In this document: piece by piece, positions 57,509 through 64,000 of the stretch
Position numbering within the stretch: the first letter of the stretch is position 1
Layout: every line of letters starts with the position of its first letter
Notes under the pieces: model-generated
Database searches by the model: none
Told to the model about the DNA's origin: nothing
What the model saw: the letters and a program-made list of their open reading frames with translations, nothing else
Source: Bacteroidota bacterium
GTDB taxonomy: Bacteria > Bacteroidota > Ignavibacteria > Kapaibacteriales > Kapaibacteriaceae
DNA: 64,000 bases
Assembly (NCBI GenBank): GCA_041170435.1
Contig: JBEAYU010000042.1
Span: 55,692-119,691 of the forward strand
Direction: 5' to 3'
Position numbers and translations under genes: made by a program

Positions 57509-60500
57509 CTATCGTCCACCGGAGATGGACAAGCGAATGTCGATACCGACCTGGGTCGTGCTGAAGCCCGGATTGGCTGCACCTTCACTGAAATTACCTT
57601 CGTACTTGAAGAATGCAGACGCGGTGACACGTTCGCTGAGAGTGTATCGGGCACGGGGCTCGACCACGATCTGTGTGGTACCATCGACGACGGCGCCACC
57701 GGGCTTGTAGTCGAGAACATCGAACTGCCCTCTTCGGTTACGGCGCACCTGCGTATTGAACGTCAATTCAAGGTCATTGTTGAGGTCCATTCCCAGCAGT
57801 TTGATCGGCACATTCCGTCTCAGATACGACGCTTGGATCTGAAACTCATGGGAGGTCTCTTGAGAAATCACGGCACGTGCCGACGCGTTGAAACCATGCG
57901 TCGTGGTCACGCTGTAGCGAGCCGTGGCCGTGAGCAAGCCGTTGAGCTTGCGCTCGTCGAAGCTCAGATTGAGACCAACCAGTGGTGTAAAGCCGGATTT
58001 TACCTGCTGAACCTCGATGAAACGTCCGTTGTCGTTCGTACGGGCATTTTCGGTGTAGTTGGACTGATACGCATGCTCGAGAAACACCCGTTGAGCGAGC
58101 CCCTTGAACAACGGTAGCTTCTCGATCCCATCCCATCGGAGCGTCCAGTTCAGCGCTGGGATTGCTCGTGCAAGCTCCCCGCTGAAGAACTGCCATGATT
58201 CAAAGCCTTCGCGGAAGGACTCGGCAAGAGCATTCAGAAGCTGTGAGTTCCGGTTGGTGGTGTCGGGATTGTTGAGAATCACAGCCTTGCGTTCGTTATA
58301 GATGCGGATCACGTTCTCCACATTGTCATCGGAAAGCCCAAACGGAAGATCTGGGAAGCTTATGAACGTCCTGTCGAGTGTTTGACGCTTGACGACATTG
58401 GTGAACGTCGGGATCCCTGCTGCATCGGTCTCAACGCGCTGGTTACGGGTAAAACCGATATCGCTCCGCATGGTAAGGTCCAACGTCGCACCCGGCCAGA
58501 GAGGCCGGCTGGTCTGCAGCTGAAGCGTGTTCTTCTGAGAGTAATCATCCTGCATCACGGCATTGGCCGGACGGATACCCGGAGCACTTGTCAGGCGGAA
58601 GAATGGGAAGCTCGACGATGGTTCAATGGAAACCTCACCGTGAGGATTCGAAACCAATCCAAGCTGATAGGCGGCACTCGGCCCAAGTGACGGATCGTTG
58701 TCTCGGAACAACACCGTCCGCGACCATAGGTTTCCGAACCCCGATTGACCAAGAACCCCCTTGTTGATAGCATTGGTGCCTTGATTGAAGGTCGTTGTGA
58801 TATTCTCGAAACCGAAGAAGATCTCCTGGATGACACGTCCGATGCCGCCTCCATCTTTTGGTGGCGCGCCAAAGATCTCATTACCGAGCTGACGCCAACG
58901 CAGCACCGGGCTTACTCGGAAGGTGGCCGTATAGCGACCCTCGCGCACGACGTCACGGAGTGAAGTGTCAGCTTGCAGGGGATCAAACAACGTGAAACTG
59001 GCCGTGTACGAGCTCGTCGTTTCAAGAAAGCGATTCAATCCACCAATGTCCGGAAGACGAGGTCGCAGCGACAGCGTGACGTTTTGGTTGTAGTTGCTGA
59101 TGCTTCCAAAGTTGAGCACGCTGCCCTGCCCACCGAAGATCTGCGATGTCAGCTGAGAGGCCGTCCGCTGCCGACCATTTTCGTCGAGCTCAAATGGCAC
59201 CAGGGTCGACATCGACATGACCTTGTAGTCGAGTGTCGGGCTCAGAAATCCATTTTCGACGAATCGCCAATTGAAGCCAAGTGACTTCTCGGCAATGAAT
59301 TCTCTGATAATGGGGCTTGCCTGAACAAGGAAACGCGACTGTTCTGTCGTCCTTGCGCGCGTCATGTTGATGCTGGCATTCAGAGACTGTGGCAGGAAGT
59401 TGATCTTGGCGTCCTTATATGCCTTCAACGCCCAGATATCTGTCAGGAACTTCAGCGGTGAGACCGAGAGCTTTGGTGCGATGTTGACGGCGTAGTCAAC
59501 CTTGAACCGCCATCTCCAATCGAAACGTTGTTGAACAACCTGGGAGCGTTCAAACTCCTGACTATACGAGAAGTTGAAGGTTAGCTTATTGAACGTATCA
59601 TCGATGTACCATGCTTTGACAGGAATGCCGAGTCGCAGACCATTGAGCGCCCACTGGTCCTGCACACGCACACGCTGTGAACGCCGGCGGACTTCTTCAG
59701 CTACCTGGTTGGCAACCTCTTCGGAAGCCCCCTTCCGAGCGGTATCGCGAGCGGCAGCTTGTGCAGCCGTCTCAAGAACAACATCATTCTGCGCTTGAAA
59801 CTGGGGTGTTTCGCTGATCTCAGCGTGTGTATAGCTGATGGGGATACGTGTCTCGCGCAGACTCTTCGGAAGTAACCGCTCCAAGCCAAGCTGTACGGTT
59901 GTCGTCCACGTTGTCGAGTGCATCCGGTTACCGAAGCGTTCTTCGAGTCGATGGAAGTTCGGAGTGGTGGTATTGACAGCCGTTGTGATATCTCCGATGT
60001 CAGCGAGCTTGAGTGTTGCATTCCCAATGGCTGCCCAGTCGTTATCAGCCGTTGGTTCCACAGCACGAAGTTCATTCACCCACATCGTGGTCGAGAGTTC
60101 ATTCGGATAGCGCTCTGCGGGATTGGCGATACCGAATCCAAAGAACGAAATGCGCGTCATGATCGGATTGCCCTTGATGGCATAGATGGCCTGGGGGTCT
60201 CCGGTTACTGGGAACTCTTGACGATGACTTGTACGCGACTTATCTCGGATCTCCTTGATGGCCGTGAGATCTTCGATTCGAATTCGCAGGTCCTGCCAGC
60301 CCCGTATCATCGGACGGCGGAACTCGTAGTAATTGGATGAGTCGATCCCGAACCGAATGAAGCAGTATGCTGTCGGGGTTGACCCTTCGGCAACTGCCGA
60401 GGGCATGGTATTGTCGCCGTGAATGAAGAATGCAAGTTGCTTGTAAAAGAATAGGTCCCATGGCCGGAAGATCCTCGCCGTGAATCGCTCCTCACCAGCA

Positions 60501-63500
60501 CGCAGATTTCGGGTTCGAACGACCAGCGATTGCTCGTTGAGGTACAACAGCTGATATGGGTCTGGGTTCTGCAGTTGCTGAGGAGCCTGAACACCGGGAG
60601 GCATTGAATAGAAGTCCGGCGCATCTTGGTTCTCTTCACGGTTGACGTACGCCACCTGTACCACCGTATCTGTCAGGTCGATCCCGGGCTGAAACTGATG
60701 GTTTCGGAGCCAGAATGAACCCACCACACCCCAGTCGGCAATTGAGACCTTGACACTTCCACCCTGGAAATGAATACGGGCATACTGGATGTTGGTGAAC
60801 AGCGGATTTCCGACGATCGAGTCAGGACGGCGAATCGGTATGCGGAACTGGTACCAACCGCTGGCAGGGTTTCCACCGACGATCTGAGGGTTTAGGGAAG
60901 GATTCGGTATGAGCTTGACCTCGTACCGGAAGTAGCTGTTATCGAGAGAGATCGTTTGTCCATTGTTCCTGTTGAGTACCTCGGTATCGGGGAACTGGCC
61001 AAACTCTGATTGCGTCGCGTTCCCTTCGTAGTTGTTGTATCGACGAAACTGATCCTCAGATTGATTATCACGGTTCGACGTGAAATCAAAGAAGTAGTTG
61101 TCGCGGGCCGGATCGGCCTCCTGGTTCAGTGGAGCCGGATAGGCCAGCTTTTCTTGATCGTCGGTCAATCCGTCGATGCCCGTGTCCTCCCCAAGGTCCA
61201 CAAGGTTGTTTGCCGGGGGACGATCCTCCGTGTTAAGGCCCTGATTGGGGACGATATCTTCACTGATCTGCCCGAGATCGATGAACATGCGAGATCCCGG
61301 CTCATAGCCTTCAATCCGCATCATGACCTCGATGAAGTCGATGTTCTCGTTGTCGAAATTGGTATTGAAGGGTGACAGCAAACGCGTCAGTCCGCCCCAG
61401 ACACGCTGGCGGTTCGCCCCCTGAAACTCTGCAGCACGCTGGCGCACAGAAAGACTGTCAGGTCCGTTCCATTCCGGATTCAGCCGATCGATGAATTCAA
61501 TATTCGGGTTGTGAATACCCCGTTCATCGGGCACAAAGACGATGCGCAAGGGGTTGATGTTGTTCCGTCCCTGCACCTGCGCGCGGTTCGGATACACGTC
61601 CACCTGAGGAACATCCGGAACGAACTTCTGAAACCAGAAGACCTTTCCACGATACTTCAGAGCGGTCGTATCACTGTCCCACAACATCGAATCCTTTGAT
61701 GCTGACGAATGCTGCCACGTCGTGGGTGTAAGGCCGAAACCGAGATAGCGCCGCGCTGATTCGAAATCATCAACGTATGCTACGGCTTTACCACCATCAC
61801 TGGCGACAGTCGAAAAGCGCTTGTTCGGTGTCGGAGAGACCATTGCCCACTCTCCGTTGAATGCGAAGGTTGACTTCTCCTTGGTATCAACACCAGGAAT
61901 GAAGTTCAACGCGTCGGTAAGCCACGGTAACTCCGCGTTGAAACGGGCATCAAGACCGAACATGAAGTTTGCATTCGGCTCCTGCCCCGGAAGCACACGG
62001 TCCACGATCGCGGCCTGATCGTAGTTCATCATCGTCATTCCGATAGAACCATTCATGCGGCGCTTGGTAAAGAGTCGCATGTCGGCACGCATTCCGAGGA
62101 GTGTGCGCGTTGTGAGGTTAAAGAGATCGTTTTTCTCGAACTCAACGTTGAGGTTTGCGTTCGGCAGTTGAGCTCTCGGATTGAGCATCGACAGTGTTCC
62201 GCTGTTATAGTCCACCATGAAGTCGACACCTTCACGCAGGGGCACACCGTCGAGCGTCACACGAACACTTCCCGGCGCCAGTTGATACGCAAGCGGAATT
62301 CGACTGCCCATGGATGTGCCAGTTGCTTCGCCGACGATCAAGAACCGGTCTTTGGCCGAGACAAGTCGCGCAGCGATATCGGTTGTGTCGTAGACCTCGT
62401 TGAAAACGTATTGTTCAGCGAGCTGAGCGTTGCCCTTTGCCGTAAAGTACTCACGCAACCCCTCGCGGAATGGCTCCAGGCTCGGGAACGTGATCTCACC
62501 ACGCTGCGAATTGAAGATCGGAGGTCGTGGGTCAAACACTCCATCAGGGGGCTCAACACCAGTGCCATTGTTGACCTGGTCGACGCGGAAGATCGTGACG
62601 ATCTTGTCTTGCGCTCCGTCAATGACATCGGCAGAGTCATTCGTCGATCGGTAGTACCACATTCCCAGACGAGCATCTTGAGCATTGATGTTCGGGACAC
62701 CGATCGGGTATCGGTTACGCATCATGCGCTTCCAGATGGCGCGAAATCCCGGCTGCATTTGCGGTCGGGCGATGAGCTTCAGAAGAATCGTGTCGCGCTC
62801 ATTGGCGTTACGCGAGAGCGTGCCGACGTATTCGTCATCTGCGTCCGAAGTAGTGGGTCCCTCCACGCGATACGAGACAGCGTAATAGCGATCATTCCGC
62901 AGGTTCAACACTGAGACGGTTCCGAGGTTGAGGTCAACATCGTACCGGCGTGAATCCAAACGAATGAATCGCCCCCTTTCAACGATACCGGCCTTGATCT
63001 CAGACTGTGTCAGGTTGGCCGGATAACGCTCGCCGGTCGCAAAGCGAATCGACGGGAGATCCGCGTATGCCACAGCCTCATTTGCCTGAACTTCTCTCAG
63101 ATCCGTGGTAGACTCCCATACTTCGATTTCCTTGACAACCAGTTGTGCACCAACCTTCGACAGGGCAGGCGTTGCCGTGCGGAAGTAGTCTTTCCAAACG
63201 GCGAAGAATGCCGTATCAATAAAGAAGTGGTTCTTGGCGTAATCGTAGGCGCGAATGGTGAACTGCTGACGCGACGCACCACCGCGAGCATTGATGAACT
63301 GCCGTTCTCCTCTGCGCTGAGAGGCAATGGTCTTGATGAACAGGGGGCCGAACTGAAAGTCAGCTCTTACCCCGAACAGCGTCTGTCCCCCACCGATCAG
63401 AGCGCTTTGGGATTCGAGGTTAACGTTGCCGAACTCGACGCGCTTGATGATATCGTCATCATTGCCCTCAAATCCGATCCTAAATCGATTGTTGAATTCG

Positions 63501-64000
63501 AATTGATTCAGGGTGTTCCAGTCGACGTTCATGCGAAGCTTGTCACCGATGCGCCCACTGACGTTGACTTGGATGTTCTGGTTAAAGATTGGAGCGGACT
63601 GGTTCTGACCGGCGATCGAAGCCGTACCGAGCGACTGTGCATCCCAGCGCCATCCGGCCTGGATATTGACTTCACCGTTGACGTTGATCGATATCTCAGG
63701 TTTTCCAAAGATTCCAAACAGCGGGTTCTGAGGAAGTGGGATGGTGATGTTGGTTGCCTGATCGATAAGCTTTGTCAGCTCCGCAGCCGAAAGGGGCTTC
63801 TTCATCTCGTACTTCAAAAGCGACGAATCCCGTGCCTTTCGCAGAAGCTGCTCACGTCGTTGGTCGAGATACGCCTCGAGCGAAAGGGGCACCATCGTGC
63901 CGACGTCAGCTCCGTCGGTGATCTCCCGCAGAGTGATCACCGCGCCCGCTGTATCGAGCGCACCCCGCTGCGTATATCCTTTCGGGGGTTTCAGATACCG
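57509..64000 (-). CDS. sprA: T9SS translocon protein SprA (Sov), missing its N-terminus beyond the window end
   Basis: More than 2160 codons are open to the window edge, with no stop in frame from 63941-64000. It is a giant beta-rich protein whose N-proximal region (ISINVNGEVNIQAGWRWD, FEGNDDDIIKRVEFGNV) is typical of SprA. Confidence 0.88.
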   Translation of the reverse strand, partial: RYLKPPKGYTQRGALDTAGAVITLREITDGADVGTMVPLSLEAYLDQRREQLLRKARDSSLLKYEMKKPLSAAELTKLIDQATNITIPLPQNPLFGIFGKPEISINVNGEVNIQAGWRWDAQSLGTASIAGQNQSAPIFNQNIQVNVSGRIGDKLRMNVDWNTLNQFEFNNRFRIGFEGNDDDIIKRVEFGNVNLESQSALIGGGQTLFGVRADFQFGPLFIKTIASQRRGERQFINARGGASRQQFTIRAYDYAKNHFFIDTAFFAVWKDYFRTATPALSKVGAQLVVKEIEVWESTTDLREVQANEAVAYADLPSIRFATGERYPANLTQSEIKAGIVERGRFIRLDSRRYDVDLNLGTVSVLNLRNDRYYAVSYRVEGPTTSDADDEYVGTLSRNANERDTILLKLIARPQMQPGFRAIWKRMMRNRYPIGVPNINAQDARLGMWYYRSTNDSADVIDGAQDKIVTIFRVDQVNNGTGVEPPDGVFDPRPPIFNSQRGEITFPSLEPFREGLREYFTAKGNAQLAEQYVFNEVYDTTDIAARLVSAKDRFLIVGEATGTSMGSRIPLAYQLAPGSVRVTLDGVPLREGVDFMVDYNSGTLSMLNPRAQLPNANLNVEFEKNDLFNLTTRTLLGMRADMRLFTKRRMNGSIGMTMMNYDQAAIVDRVLPGQEPNANFMFGLDARFNAELPWLTDALNFIPGVDTKEKSTFAFNGEWAMVSPTPNKRFSTVASDGGKAVAYVDDFESARRYLGFGLTPTTWQHSSASKDSMLWDSDTTALKYRGKVFWFQKFVPDVPQVDVYPNRAQVQGRNNINPLRIVFVPDERGIHNPNIEFIDRLNPEWNGPDSLSVRQRAAEFQGANRQRVWGGLTRLLSPFNTNFDNENIDFIEVMMRIEGYEPGSRMFIDLGQISEDIVPNQGLNTEDRPPANNLVDLGEDTGIDGLTDDQEKLAYPAPLNQEADPARDNYFFDFTSNRDNQSEDQFRRYNNYEGNATQSEFGQFPDTEVLNRNNGQTISLDNSYFRYEVKLIPNPSLNPQIVGGNPASGWYQFRIPIRRPDSIVGNPLFTNIQYARIHFQGGSVKVSIADWGVVGSFWLRNHQFQPGIDLTDTVVQVAYVNREENQDAPDFYSMPPGVQAPQQLQNPDPYQLLYLNEQSLVVRTRNLRAGEERFTARIFRPWDLFFYKQLAFFIHGDNTMPSAVAEGSTPTAYCFIRFGIDSSNYYEFRRPMIRGWQDLRIRIEDLTAIKEIRDKSRTSHRQEFPVTGDPQAIYAIKGNPIMTRISFFGFGIANPAERYPNELSTTMWVNELRAVEPTADNDWAAIGNATLKLADIGDITTAVNTTTPNFHRLEERFGNRMHSTTWTTTVQLGLERLLPKSLRETRIPISYTHAEISETPQFQAQNDVVLETAAQAAARDTARKGASEEVANQVAEEVRRRSQRVRVQDQWALNGLRLGIPVKAWYIDDTFNKLTFNFSYSQEFERSQVVQQRFDWRWRFKVDYAVNIAPKLSVSPLKFLTDIWALKAYKDAKINFLPQSLNASINMTRARTTEQSRFLVQASPIIREFIAEKSLGFNWRFVENGFLSPTLDYKVMSMSTLVPFELDENGRQRTASQLTSQIFGGQGSVLNFGSISNYNQNVTLSLRPRLPDIGGLNRFLETTSSYTASFTLFDPLQADTSLRDVVREGRYTATFRVSPVLRWRQLGNEIFGAPPKDGGGIGRVIQEIFFGFENITTTFNQGTNAINKGVLGQSGFGNLWSRTVLFRDNDPSLGPSAAYQLGLVSNPHGEVSIEPSSSFPFFRLTSAPGIRPANAVMQDDYSQKNTLQLQTSRPLWPGATLDLTMRSDIGFTRNQRVETDAAGIPTFTNVVKRQTLDRTFISFPDLPFGLSDDNVENVIRIYNERKAVILNNPDTTNRNSQLLNALAESFREGFESWQFFSGELARAIPALNWTLRWDGIEKLPLFKGLAQRVFLEHAYQSNYTENARTNDNGRFIEVQQVKSGFTPLVGLNLSFDERKLNGLLTATARYSVTTTHGFNASARAVISQETSHEFQIQASYLRRNVPIKLLGMDLNNDLELTFNTQVRRNRRGQFDVLDYKPGGAVVDGTTQIVVEPRARYTLSERVTASAFFKYEGNFSEGAANPGFSTTQVGIDIRLSISGGR

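Noticed and set aside
1-64000. CRISPR arrays, IS elements, rRNA genes, tmRNA, RNase P or SRP RNA.
   Set aside because: No regularly spaced direct repeats or terminal inverted repeats were seen. All intergenic gaps are under about 220 nt and showed no conserved RNA motifs on inspection. An eye scan is not exhaustive.

Overview
This is a bacterial chromosomal window with dense coding on both strands. Sampled stretches are about 58-65% GC. All calls come from reading the ORF translations and the raw sequence by eye; no database search or computation was run.

The gene content points to an FCB-group organism (Bacteroidota, Rhodothermota, or Ignavibacteriota/Kapabacteria-like). The evidence is a partial SprA translocon, a PorV/PorQ-like barrel, a giant C25 (PorU/gingipain-type) peptidase and a BNR-repeat protein. 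The last two carry type IX secretion (T9SS) C-terminal sorting domains.

Housekeeping genes recognised: uvrA (partial), etfBA, one tRNA with anticodon CAT, gyrA, lat, nrnA, a ppiD-like gene, hpnC/hpnD-like genes, a lone nuoE, alkB, truA, mtaB, an Ogg2-type glycosylase, and parAB.

Accessory or unusual content:
- 1.8-6.6 kb: an ABC/HlyD/TolC exporter operon. Its ABC subunit keeps Walker A but has lost the Q-loop, signature, catalytic Glu and H-loop residues.
- 11.9-16.0 kb: a four-gene, translationally coupled type III polyketide synthase operon (acyl-CoA ligase, nitroreductase-like protein, PKS, ICMT-type methyltransferase).
- 37.3-42.6 kb: an ImuA-less mutagenesis cassette. It holds an XRE-HTH/S24 LexA-like repressor, a short ImuB-like protein with a QIDLF clamp motif, a 78-aa coupled ORF and DnaE2. 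A 10-mer, ACATTTTG(T/C)A, recurs in both promoter regions.
- 42.65-47.28 kb: the most novel-looking item, a low-GC island (42-47% in hand-counted samples). It holds two diverged tandem copies of an unrecognised two-gene module, a lipoprotein plus a secreted protein with a C-terminal beta-barrel-like domain. One copy is broken by a single-base frameshift.

No CRISPR array, IS element, integrase or rRNA gene was seen.
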